A DNA stretch of 64,000 nucleotides from Gnetum montanum (Eukaryota > Plantae > Gnetophyta). A program made the translations under genes and the position numbers. The notes under the pieces were generated by a model that made no database searches, had not been told where the DNA came from, and was given only the letters and a program-made list of their open reading frames with translations. How positions within the stretch are numbered: the stretch's first letter is position 1; each line of letters starts with the position of its first letter. The stretch spans positions 124,001 through 188,000 of the forward strand of contig MNCI01002010.1 of the NCBI GenBank assembly GCA_015680685.1. Direction: 5' to 3'. Positions 1 through 12,090 of this stretch are shown here, one piece after another.

Positions 1-960
1 TTTATTTGTATGGATAATAATATTATACATGACCATAATTGTAACAATAAGAACATTGCATATATGATTTTTTGGATAGTATTTCATATCTTGAGAGATA
101 GTTCCACTTACCTTACTTATCCATTTAGATTATGTACACTTGTATCCAAGTCTAGATTTGTTAAGAGCTTGTTTTAATTTGTCCATGATCACATTTAAGA
201 TGGTTGTTCCTTGTGAATTTTTCAAGCTCAGTTTTGAGGTTTGAAATTTCTTGAGCGTAATTTTCAATAGTGACTTGATAGGCATTCAGTTACTTCAAGA
301 GATGTTTGATCTTTTCCTCATTTTCTTGGAGTTGTTTGTTTCCCTCATTCAGACATTTATGAAAGAAGTTACATCTACCTTGTAGATTACCTTGAGGAGT
401 TTGTTTTTCTTAAGGTTTAGTAGCTTGAGCTTCCAACCTTAGTGCTTATTCATGAAGCTTACTTTTATTTTTATGCAAATACTTTAAAGTTTATTGAAGA
501 AATTTCAAAGTATCTCATACAATTCTTCTTCATCCATACTATGCTCTTCTTTAATTAACTAATTTTTCCCCTCAAGGATTATCATGGGCATAAGGCTACA
601 TTTTTTATTTTTATCTTCATCAAATGAGGACTTTTCTAGTTCATCCCATGAACACAGAGTGCCATTTATTCATACTATTATTTTTCTTTTTTGTGATTCA
701 ACATTTTGAAGCAATGTGATCATAGCCTTGGTGTTTTCCAAATGAGCCATCATTTCATCATCTATCCAAATTTTCTTGTGTTAAGCTATGTGGGAATTTT
801 CACTTGTTATTATGTGAATATTTATTGGTTTAGAATGGCCATGCTTAACTAATGGCTATATATCAAAATCAATGAAATGTACAAAACACCATATTCTAGT
901 TTTTCAATAGTTATAATTTTATCCATTAAAGAATGAAGGCTTATTAGTAGATTGTGCATA
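1..960 (-). mobile_element. Highly degenerate Ty1/copia gag relic
   Basis: Minus-strand translation near 960-830 gives STNKPSFFNG*NYNY*KTRIWCFVHFIDFDI*PLVKHG. This resembles the copia gag N-terminal RPP.F.G.NY..WK.RM...L..ID..VW..V..G motif. Downstream is K/E-rich and riddled with stops. Confidence 0.55.
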
Positions 961-2340
961 TTTAATAGACATAATAAATATGTGATATATTTGTTTGTAG
1001 AGGAACATAATAAATAATGATTTTTTTCTGTTATTAATCTAACATGATTTAGTGTTTTTTCATCTAGGTTGGTATTCTATAATAATGAAAAGCATATAAT
1101 GAAAAGAAAAGTAGAAAATAATTGAAATTGTAGTTCATATGAGAATTGTTTTGGTCAATAAATGTTCTCAAAAAATATGAACCTAGAAGAATGTAGATGT
1201 AATTACAATTAGAATGATTTTGGTTAAATAATTTCTTGAACATATAAATCTAGAAGAATGTACATGGAAATATAACAAAAAAAAAAGCAAATATAATGAG
1301 TAAATTCAAATGTTATGGGCCTAGATGTTGATAGGAAAGGAAAATTTAGGAGCATCTACAAGTAAGCATAAAAAAGTTACTTGAAAATGATTATTCAATG
1401 GTAATAGTACCTAGAACCTTTTTTGTCTCTTTCAATGATGACAAGAACATGAAATATTTAGATAATTGTGAAATGTGATGCTTCTATAAATCTTGAATAA
1501 TGGAATGTAGAGGAATGATCTATAGACATTTAACACATTTATATGAAATCAAGTAGAACCAGAGAAATTTACATTTCCATGACAAAGAGAGACTAAAAGA
1601 ATATCGAAGATTTTTGGATGTGCTTTCTTATTCTATAGTCACTATCTTCAAGGAAACCTATGCACATTATTAGGATGTGAATTCCTACTCTATGATTACT
1701 ATCTTTTGAGAAATATAATATTTACTAGATTTGGGAAATTATGAACGATGTTCAAACACTTAATATTTTAGGTATCTCTTTTTTCCCTTTGGTGTGTTGG
1801 TAGTAAAAATATTTAACATTTATAAAAGTGACTAATTGTAGGTGTGTTAGGTATCCTCTAGGATAGTTTACTAAACTCAGGTGCTCTACATGTTATTAGT
1901 TAGAGCATGACAAAAAGAGAGCATGTGAAATAATTTGTTTCTCTATTATTATTTATGTATAAACGTTGTGTAGATATAATGATTTTAAATAATTTTGTTT
2001 TTAATAATTCATTAATCATATATAGATATAATTTAAATGTGAGTTTTAAAAATTTATTCAATTAAAATAAGTAATATATGATAAATGAAATGAGACTTAG
2101 GTGATGGGTAGGGTCTCTCTCCATCTTATAAGAGATCATGATTTGAAGATTTTTGATAAATAAAATGAGGCTTAGGTATCTCCATCTTACTAGAGATAAT
2201 TATTTGAGTAGAAAAAAAAAGAGAGCTTGGTTTGGTGTTGCTCCATTACTACATCTATAACGTTAGAGTAGATTTTGATGATGAATAAGTAACACTAATT
2301 ACTAGGCCTCAAGATTTAGTAATTATGATTACTTAGTCAC

Positions 2341-3208
2341 TGAAACACCGTGAAAATTGCGAGTCGGCCTCAGGCAAAGATTCGCAACTCAGGAAAGAGC
2401 ACATGTCAGAATTCCAGAAGGGAGAACAAGGCGGGGCAAATCAAAGAGACAAGAGAACTTTTTTTAGCACTTGAGCGCATATCACTTTGAGCATAGACAT
2501 AGAGAGTAGCACTTTGGCAATTGTTGACAGCATCACCTTCTAGCAAAACCAGAGCACATTTTGCCTCAGCATCGGCAGCAAGAGCAATCGTTCTTTTGGG
2601 GAAGACACAACTTTCTCCATCAGCGATCATTGGTAGTTCTGAGCAGAAATTACCTAAGGTGAGAAAAGCAGATCAAAGATAGTGAGATCATCTTGCGCGG
2701 TTTTCAGGCTATATTGGTCAGAAATAGTTGATCGATAGATGTCATAGCTTGACCTTCCTTGCATCCCGTCTATGGCCTATGAGGTAGATCGGACTTTTGC
2801 TTGTACAGTTTTCTTGTTGTTTTGTGCTTGCTTTACATCAAGTAATCAGGGTCTCCCCATTATAACATGATATACAAAATATACATTCTTCAAATCAAAG
2901 CGTAGATCTTGAAATCATGCGTTTCTCTCGTGTTAGTCTCTTCTTATCATGTTTAGCATTATCATCATTATAATTTATCTATGTTGTTTTCCTCTCATTT
3001 TTTCACCCATATAAATAAAATCGATCCACGAAATATTCACAGTCTCCATCATTTTACTGATTAGTAAGTCCCTGTCTAATCGACAATACCGTTCAGGGCA
3101 CCATGGATTAGTTTTTCCAGCATAGCCCTTGCGCGGATCCGTGGTCAAAACTATGTACATAGATTTTTATTTGGCATTTTTCAGCTACCGACATTTTCTG
3201 TCGTTACA
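2341..3208 (+). repeat. 5' LTR
   Basis: Starts TGAAACACCGTGAAAATTG, matching the LTR start of the second element at 61455 (minus), and ends TCGTTACA. 2508-3208 aligns with about 16551-17251; a hand-aligned 120-bp sample had 8 mismatches. Confidence 0.9.
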
Positions 3209-3214
3209 TTTTTC

Positions 3215-3231
3215 TGGCACTAGAAGGAGGG
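3215..3231 (+). promoter_or_regulatory. Primer-binding site, complementary to the 3' end of plant tRNA-Asn
   Basis: TGGCACTAGAAGGAGGG, 6 nt after the LTR. It differs by one G>A from TGGCGCTAGAAGGAGGG, the complement of ...CCCUCCUUCUAGCGCCA (tRNA-Asn 3' end as I recall it). Confidence 0.8.
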
Positions 3232-3483
3232 CCTGCTTGGCTCTGATCTGTATTTTTTGGGTAGCCCTGTTAGCAATCCGTACCCGAAACCATAGACATA
3301 ATACCTCTAGGGAAGTTTACGGTAAATCATGTGGTGTAGATCGGTCTCAAGAACGATTCCTTTGGAATCCTACAGGGTAGAAAGCCTATTTGCAATCTTA
3401 TTACTAGCCATCTTTTAGATCCCATTATCAATCATCGTTAATCGCTTTCATCAATGCATTCCTTTTACACAACCACAACCACC

Positions 3484-6400
3484 ATGGTCCCTGCCGATTT
3501 GGGTGCCACATTTGTGAACCCTATCGCTGTCACCAGACCAGCTCCTGGTGTAGCAGGACCATTGTGTCGATCACTAAGATTATAGGGGAAAGATCCCATA
3601 TTTACCATCATAACCCCTAAGGAATACCATTTCATCTGCGTTAAGATCCAGGCAAAGCTTGGCCTTAGCCGAGCCGAAATCGAGGTGAAGCGGAATTTCG
3701 AAATGATCCACCGAGGGGGTCACGATTTCAAACCAACAACCTACGACATCATTCCTTTGACCGAACATCAACATGAAATTATAACATAGTTGGTCATGTC
3801 CAAGAGCCAGGCTATGATGGAACCCCAGAATGGGGAGGAAGAACATGATGAGCTTGCGGCCCAGTCCGAGCACTCATTCCACACTCTGAGCCCCCATACT
3901 TACATAAATCCATCATTCCCGCTCAACAGAGAAGCTTCCCCTCTTAACCCACCCATGAAAACATAGATGCATATCCCTATTATTCCAAAAGCCACTGTGT
4001 ATCCATCTGGGTTACAAGTACAAATACCTCACAATAACATGGGGGTGGTTTCATCACCTTGTGTACTCAGCATTCCGGTAGTGGTTCCAGCGACCACTGC
4101 GTCCCATTTCATCCTGCAAGTCCAACCCCACACCATATCAAAAATGCGCCCAGCACAGACTTTATCACTCCCACCCCCTCCAACTCAATAGATCACCATA
4201 GCTGTTCAGCCACAAACATATGTCCAAGAACCTGCCTCAAGTCAGTGGGCCAACCCTGCAGCGCAACATAACCAGTTCGCGGTGTATGGTGTGTAGCCCT
4301 CGGTCGCACCTGCAACGTAGCTTTCACAGGTGGTCCCTCAGTATACCCATCCGTATCTCGTGCAGCAGGTGGCAACCAACCACTCTTTGCAAACTAGTGG
4401 ATGGTGGTCCTCACAAGCCCCCCTACCTATAGGGATCCCTGCCCAACTAGCAACCAGCCAACCTCTCCCTTCGTTTCCATTTCCTAGCGCCCCCCTCCCG
4501 ATCAAACCTCCAATTCCTTCTACACAGACACCTCCATCAAGAGGTCTAGACCAGGCCTTCTAGCTTATCTAGACTCTTACCAAGGAGGTTCAATGCCTCA
4601 AAGCTATTGGTTTGAATACCATTCAGATCATGGACTTTTACCAGGATGATCCTATTTGTCCATCGGTCCCAATGCTGTCGTTGTCGCCAGGGATGTCCCT
4701 CCCTCATTTTACTAAGTATAATGGGGAGGGAGACCCCCATGCTCACCTGGTCACCTTCAGATCTCAGTTCTTGTTGCTACAATAATGTCCACACATGATT
4801 ATCTGAGTCTTTGCTATGTCTTTGATAGGGAAAGCTTTGGATTGGTACAGATCCCTCCCATGCTCTTCCATCTCAACCTTCGAAGAGTTGCTAACCCAAT
4901 TTGTGACCCGCTTCAAATACAACTTAAAGCTGAAATTCACATTGGATCAGCTCATGGGGGTAAAACAAGACCCGCTTGAGCCAGTCCAAAGGTTCATACA
5001 ACGTTGGAATGCTACTTTGAATGAGATTCGCGAGCCAATCGTAGACTCACATCTACTGGCTATATTCAAAGGAGCATTCAATGAATTTATTAAGCCAAAG
5101 ATGTACTAACTTTCACCCAAATCTTTACACTAGGCCTTCGCTCAAGTCAGAAGCATCCAAGATGCTGCAAAGGCTAGCAAAGACCCAGCATATGTCACCT
5201 ACAGGAATGCTCACAACAAGGCCAAAGATAAAGGTAAGGCGATGACAACGACAGTAGCTGCACTGACTGGAGGTGCAAAGAACAAGATGAAAAAGGCACC
5301 TACAACATCGCCTGAGACCACCACTGGTGCCAGGACCAGCCAACATAGAGCTGCACCTGAAGGCTCCCCCCAACCAAAACCAAACTTTGAGTGTAAAGAT
5401 CGTTCAAAGTACGCATCCTTGCCTATAAAACATTCTGAACTGTTGAAACAATTGTTAGTGACACAATACATTCAACCTAAGAAGGTATGAGAGGAAGCTC
5501 TGAAGCATCACAGACGTCACTATGAACTACTAAAGAACCCTTCTTTACCCTTACCTAACGAACCACCAGTTCCTAGATCTTTCAGGCTGGATTGTTTCTG
5601 TGACTACCATCAGCTATGTGATCATGACGAAGATTACTGCTGGGCGTTGAAGGACGATATTCAACGCATGATCGACGAAGGTCATTTAAAACTAGATGGA
5701 AGTAATCCAACGTGCACAGAAAACCAAACATTCCACGTATATAAGGACCTATTAAATGCAAACAATGCTCCTTATACAATCAATGTGGTGAGTATGGACA
5801 GTGAGTGGAAGAGACCACCAAAACAACCTTTTGTTTTGCGTGTGCCCGCTAGCTCACCAAGGGGGCTAGCCATTTCATCGATAGCCAGGGGGGTCTCAAG
5901 GCCGCCCTTCATTATACGGTCACCTTCTCAGATACACCCTCAGTCATGTAGCAACAGTCAAGCCACGGCTTCATCCGCGCCCATACCTAGGGCGCCCTTC
6001 ATTATCAGGGTGCCAAAACCATAGGCTGCTCCTCTCATGCAGGGGCATACCTCTAGTCAAAACAGCCAACCATCACCTCCCAAGCGAAAGGGAGAGGACA
6101 TACCTATTAACACAATGAAAGACCATTTTATGCTCGGCTTCCCTAAGCCTAGGCCCTTGTCCTCTGCATCTTCTTCTCTACCTCAGAAACAGGACAAAGG
6201 TGCAGAAATACAGCCACCTTCTCTTGGCAAGAAAAAGAGCAACCCTTCGACTGACACTGTTCCACCTCAAGAGATCCATCTCTTGGGACGAATGGAAGAG
6301 GACAAGGGAGACAAAAAACCCAGCCAAGAGAAGGACCTCCTCGACACATTTACACAAGTTAAATAGGCTCTCAAGTAAAAAAACACAACGCTAAGCCTTT

Positions 6401-7262
6401 ATGACCTGCTTATGACATCTTGAGAACACCGCGAGGCTATGGTTCACATGCTGACATCCATATCAGTGGATGAAAGCTTTCCAGTAGAGGAGGAAGNCGA
6501 GAACACCACGAGGCTATGGTTCACATGCTGACATCCATATCAGTGGATGAAAGCTTTCCAGTAGAGGAGGAAGTGATACATACTTTCATGTTTCCTCCCG
6601 AAGTTGAGCAATCTAGGCCTATCTTGCTAACCTTTCATGATGAGTCTGTTAAAGATGATCCTGAGAAAGGTCAGGTCACAACTGAACCTATGTTTATCAC
6701 TATCTGGGTCGGTCAATACCAGATCCGGAGGGTGCACATGGACAATGGTGCAGCTACCAACGTCATTTCCTATTATATCATGGATAGGTTGGGACTGGTC
6801 GACCAGATCACTCCCATGACAATGGCATGTGTAAAATCGTTCAACGGGGCATGGGTTCAAGTCAAGGGGATGGTGCGTATCGATTTTGTGGCGGGAGATC
6901 AATTCCTAATAGACGCCACCTTCTTAGTCGTTGAGGAGATGCCAAGGTTCAACTTGATCTTAGGGAGGTTGTGGTTAGCCTAGCTGAGGGCGGTTTCATC
7001 ACCGATACACCAAGAGATATACTTGCCCTATGCCAAAGGGAAGGTCGTGATATGCGGTGGTGAAATCACCGCCAGGATAGTCAGTAACATTGAAGAAGAA
7101 CGGGCTTTAGAGATAGAAATGACTGATGATCAGACCCATCTCCAAACCCCTCAACAAACTGACATCAATGATGGCAATCTAGCCTTGGCCAACCTGCCAT
7201 TTCCGGATGGCAGCGTAGAGGAGTCAGATCATAAATCCTCTCACCTTTACGCAATGCTCAAC
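3484..7262 (+). pseudogene. gag: Gag and aspartic protease (degenerate)
   Basis: Pro/Gln-rich N-terminus. Retrotransposon gag motifs YNGEGDPHAHL and WYRSLP..SISTFEEL...F..RF (about 4720-5100). Zinc knuckle FCDYH....H....CWALKDDIQRMIDEG (about 5595-5680). Protease RVHMDNGAATNVI...FNLILGRLWL (about 6730-6980). Many stops and frameshifts. Confidence 0.88.
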
Positions 7263-7528
7263 GTAAAGGCTGTTAAAAGCCAATTGCGTCTTAATGGTTG
7301 AACAATGACTTTTGTGCGTGTCATCATTTCTTGGCAAGTTATCGCAGCTCATACTTAGCAATTTTATTTCATACAGTTTTATGTTACATTCGTTTTCGGT
7401 TTGTACGCTTGTCATTTTTCATGCTGTTATATTTCTTGTATGCATGATATTCACATTTTCTGATCACCTTAGTATAATTACGCAGAATTATATACCGCTA
7501 CCATTTATGCTTGTTGTATTATGCAAAT

Positions 7529-7680
7529 GGCCCGCAATGGCCTCAAACTATCTGAGGCCTGCAATGGCCTAAAACTAGTCCTCAAATTATGCAACCGCTT
7601 GTGACAGCCCGCAATGGCCTTAAACTATTCCCTGTTTTACATAGAATCATATGATGGCCTGCGATGGCCTTAAACTAGCC
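7529..7680. repeat. Four copies of a ~22-bp motif GGCCYGCAATGGCCTHAAACTA
   Basis: Copies at about 7529, 7556, 7606 and 7656. Confidence 0.8.
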
Positions 7681-9904
7681 ATTACATTCTATCATTATAA
7701 CTTAGGAAAAATCCTTAACAATTACACTCATGTTTTACAGATAAAAACATAAAAAAAAAACAAATTAATTGACATTAGAAACAACCACTAGGTCTTATAG
7801 CGTGTCTTTTCAATTATTCATAAAACAATACTTGACTCCACATCAATAAAATTATGCGTAAATCAGAATTATGCATCTCCTCTACTGCTACTATCACCAG
7901 TATCTTTTAAGTCCAGATCTAGTCCTAATGGATCGTCCTCTAGTGGACCGTTGTTTCTAGGAAGTACTCTTTCATGAAGAATTTCCTCTTCATGAGGTCT
8001 TTTTTCCAACACCGGCTCCATAGGAGGACGCTCTTCATCACTATGTTCTTCCTCTTGTACTGGTTCCTTAGCTTGCTCGTCTTCCCTATCCTCTTTTGGC
8101 ACCTACATACAAATAACATCAAAGTTAGCATGGATAACACAATTAGAAAAATTTTAGATTTAGTCATATAGAAACTTACTCGCGATGCCTCGGCTTCTGT
8201 AGCAAAAGGAAGCTTGTCCAGGCCAGCCCACAGGTGCTTCATAATCTCTTCCTCCATTAGGTCTGACCACACATCATCTCCCAAGGTAGCTCTAGCCTTC
8301 ACATTCCCTTTCTCCATGCTAGTCCAGCAAGGTGGGTCAGGGAAGAATTTAGGGACTGTAGTTTGGCCCCCAGGGAGAGTCATCTCCCTTTCCGGGGACG
8401 CACTTATAGTCACCTGCTCTTCGAATTTCTTGAAGGCTTCTGATGCTCCGATGACATTCAGGAAGACTTCCAGGGATTGGGCTTTGATGGCAGAATCATG
8501 ATAAAGTTTATGATAAGCGATTCTTTCTTGCATATACAGATGTTTGTGGTCTTTCTCCTTCTACCCCCACTCTTACACACATGCACAATAATCCCTCCAA
8601 TCCTAGATTTTCTAAGCTAGGAGCTCTATCTACATCTACTGCTCTACCAACGCTCGACTGGTTTGTACGCTGTGTTTAATGGCAGTCTAATACCAGGAGT
8701 AGTGGATAATAGCGGTACGCCAATCTTCATCCCTCATCTCCCACGCCTGTAGGAATTCGCACCACGATCTTAGGTCTCCGACCTCTTTGGTCAGAGACTC
8801 TGCCCTATGCTCTGCCCTCTGTAGCCATTTCCAGAGGCTCTCATTTATGCCCTTACTCTCCCATAAGGAGCGTGTCGAGCGTAACGCACATTTACGCATT
8901 TCCTCATAAATGTGACGTGGCACAGCTACCTCATCAGATGGTGGCTCCACTGTGTTCAAATCAATGGACTCCATGGAATCCCATCAAATGTGAGCTCCTA
9001 ACAGAAAAAATCATCAATGTTGGTGGCATATTACCACTGTACAATATCACGAACTTACTACAATCACAACCTACTAGCTCCAGGTTCAATGCACACTAGG
9101 CGCTCGATCATGTCACTGACAACACCTTCCATGAAGGCAAACTTGTCAGGAAAGTCTCTCCATGCTCTGCACATGGTGACAGATGTGAATACCTCCTCTT
9201 CTCCTGTAGCGTAATCGGGTTAGAAGCTTTAATTATTAACATAATTCTACAAAATTTCTAACACGTCCATTACCTCTACTGATGACAATGGCGACTTCGC
9301 CAACATCTTCCACCTCCATTTCCTCTTCATGCACTTGGGTCTGTGCGTCGCTGGTTTCAGCAGCTAGGGCCTCCTCATGCACCAGGGTCTGTGCACGGCT
9401 CACGCTAGCAGACGGGGCCTCTTCTTCCAAAACTGAGGCCCCTTCCCCACGACTTACTATCACTGCCCCTGTTTCAGGGATCAACTACTCTATAATTTTT
9501 ATTGGTCACATTACAACAATCTTAGTATATCATTCCAAACATTCTAAATAAACATTGCGTAATACAGTTTTCAATACATCTCCTTCACGCTTACCAGGCG
9601 GAGGCTTACTCTACTGAATTCTGACCGCCATAGTTCGGCCTACGCCGCTCCCAGGCTTTGCAGAGGCCTCAGTTATACGAAGCCTTTTGCTCTGAGCTAC
9701 AGGTTCCACTATTTTCTCCGCCACATGTTTCCCCTGTGAGGCATCACTAGTGTAAGTAGGCATTATCCCACCTACACTATCGAGGCCTCGCAGACGAGAC
9801 GCCACCAATCCTTTGGTCATTATAGATAGTGACTCCCTGATCCCTTTTGGCAGATCCTACCCACAGATAGTTCCAATGATATGGGTAATCCAAGGTTTGG
9901 ACAG

Positions 9905-10600
9905 CTAGTCTCGGTCTTGTTGCACCCATACCCCATTCCTTTGGATGACTAGAAACTCAGCAAAATGACGAAGGCAAGCTATGAAGAAGGTGTAATGCAC
10001 ATTGAAACGAGACTCAAGTTTCTTGCGAAGCTTGATTATCTCATTGCGCAGCCCCTTAGTGAAATAGCTTGCCCAATTGAATTGGGTCCCCTCTTCTAGA
10101 ACCTCCTGCATAGTACGGGTTTGTTCTATAGAAAAGAACTTCCCTTGCGAGAGTGTTTTGGGGAAGGTCTGGGCCAGGAAAAGGGGATAAATTGTCTTGG
10201 TGACGCCCATTTTGAGTCTTTCGCAAAGAAACCCTTTAGCCTCTTTCGAGACCCTTACCCACTTCTCCAGCCACCTCTGGAAGTCGAGGCTTCTCTTCAC
10301 CTTCTCATTTATGGGAAGGCTGTCCGAGGGGACGCCAAATAGATCTTCAAAGAGCTGAGCATCAATGTCAAAACTTACACATATGTGATGTATGCGCATG
10401 CAAAAATGCTCTACCTTTTCATTGAAGGAATTGACCAGGGTCAGCATTTCACTAGCAGGGACATCAGGATTTACAGCTAAAAATAGCTGCATTAGCCCCG
10501 CTACTTAGATCTTGGTGGTCACCGCAACTAGGGCCGCCGAGTGGCTGAGCTAGCGCTGTGCGTCCTTGATGTTGTCGTAGCGGAAGAGGACGGTATTCGC
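9905..10600 (-). pseudogene. Exon 4 core: PMD/Transposase_32-like plant mobile domain
   Basis: AGLMQLFL...LVNSFNEKVEHF...FDIDAQLFEDLFGVP...FNWASYFTKGLRNEI resembles the PMD/Transposase_32 pattern LV..F......F...IT..DV..LLGLP...Y/FxWG....L...L. Confidence 0.5.
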
Positions 10601-11095
10601 CTCATGGCTGGAAATCGTAAGGGTAATCTCCCACGATTCCCTGACTGAAAAGTGTAAAACATAAGTCAAACGAAAACACTATTACGTAATACTCACAATT
10701 CACAACTACACTACGCAATAATCGACTATACAATAGCCTTACCAGGTCCAAATGGCAAGGGAAATGGTGGAAGGTTCCTCTGCATGTTCTCAACAGTGAG
10801 GGGCGGATCCAGGGTCCAATCATCATGTAGCCAGCAATTCTCAAAAGCCTTAGCATAGCAGGTGGGGTACTCACGCATGTCGAAGCCGATCTACCCTATA
10901 ACACCAGTGCTCACGTTGCTAGTTGAGGTAAACACCATTATTGCTGTTTCGGCCCATGATAATGTATCTCCATCTCCAACTAACCTATTTTCATGAATGA
11001 AAACCCTATATCATACCACATAGGCTTATCTTATACTTTGTAAAAACATAGATAATTGACATATAATAATAATACAGTTAACAAAATTTGCTTAC

Positions 11096-11545
11096 CCGCC
11101 TGTGTAGTACACTGTGCCTTGTGGGTTCTGGAAGTAGGTCAAGACATGGTGAGGCATGAATAGCGTGTTATATGCATGATAACAGCTGAACTGGGCCATT
11201 TCCCAGATCCAATTTAAGCACCTTAAGCCTTGGGCACTGGGTTCTCGGTCCTCGGGATGACCAGTATCGATGGCTCTATCTATCAGGAAGGCCAGAATCC
11301 CTTTTGCAGAACCCACCAGTAGGTGCTCCAAAATGGTGCTGGCGATATCGCCGGACAAATAAGACCACACTATGATGCTATAGTTACACAATAAGAACTG
11401 CAGAAACTCCAGTGCACCCCATCAGAACCATATGGCCTTCCCTTACAACTGTGTTTGCGGGGGAGGGACATTGGGGACGATGGGGTTTATACAACACAAA
11501 ACCCCAACAATATCCAAGACAATCAGAATAGGCTTTAGCGTAACG
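11096..11545 (-). pseudogene. Exon 2: FCP1-homology/NIF (HAD-superfamily, CTD-phosphatase-like) domain
   Basis: KPILIVLDIVGVLC...GKAIWF*WGALEFLQFLLCNYSIIVWS...STILEHLL...DTG...LRCLNWIWE...YHAYNTLFMPHHVLTYFQNPQGT follows the NIF motif order LLVLDxxGxL / xRPxxxEFLxF...Y.I.VWS / LKxLxxxW / NTLLxDD....NP. Confidence 0.7.
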
Positions 11546-12083
11546 CTATACAGAAATCCCAATACATAGATCAACTTATAGATTTACATTGGCATAATAT
11601 GTGCAAAAAACATACAAACTACACCTAGTTATCCATGCCAAAATCACTCAAACCCTTGCAACAACGCAAGGTTCGTCCCTGACAACGGTGATAGATGCAA
11701 CCCCAACAAACCCTCGCATTAACCCGAGGTCCATAATTTGAAATATAAATTTATGCAAAAGATACTATGAAAAATAAATACTAAATCAACATAAGCATGC
11801 AAGGAATGGCCTACCAGTTCAAAGGTGTAGGGTCACGCACATCAACCACTGCTTGCTAAACGCGCTCTAGATTTCCTTGCACCTCATCAATTTTGGCCAA
11901 TTTTGCATTCTTCCTTTTGATTTTAGGTGCCATTGTAATAACTTCAGAATTTTCACGGTTTAGCACTTGCAAATCTTTGCAACTCACATGCTTTAATCCT
12001 CTGCTCCTTCTCCTCTTGCTCAGCAACAATTACGAATTCGAATTCACAATAGCCGGTAGCTTGTTCTCACCAAAAACCACTTA

Positions 12084-12090
12084 CTTATAT
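12084..12090 (-). promoter_or_regulatory. Candidate TATA box for the antisense gene
   Basis: Minus strand reads ATATAAG about 150 nt upstream of the ATG at 11933. Confidence 0.3.

Larger units (their letters stand above)
7869..11933 (-). pseudogene. Antisense 8-exon accessory gene of the retrotransposon: FCP1/NIF-like domain, PMD/Transposase_32-like domain, coiled coil, acidic tail (about 1085 aa)
   Basis: Hand-built exons: 11933-11815, 11545-11096, 10984-10743, 10644-9595, 9489-9274, 9203-9075, 8997-8180, 8102-7869. All introns are GT-AG and phases match; total 3258 nt. Starts MAPKIKRKNAK. Links track ORFs 11092-11391, 9905-10492, 9611-9820, 9236-9484, 8687-8974, 7940-8533 and 7869-8102. 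About 18 in-frame stops, no frameshifts. Confidence 0.8.

Noticed and set aside
2406-2630. Similar minus-strand ORFs at 2406-2630 and 16490-16672
   Set aside because: They are the same LTR sequence read antisense, with no domain features.
6421-6574. 77-bp tandem duplication in gag-PR
   Set aside because: The two near-identical copies are joined at a single N (6497), typical of an unmerged contig overlap.
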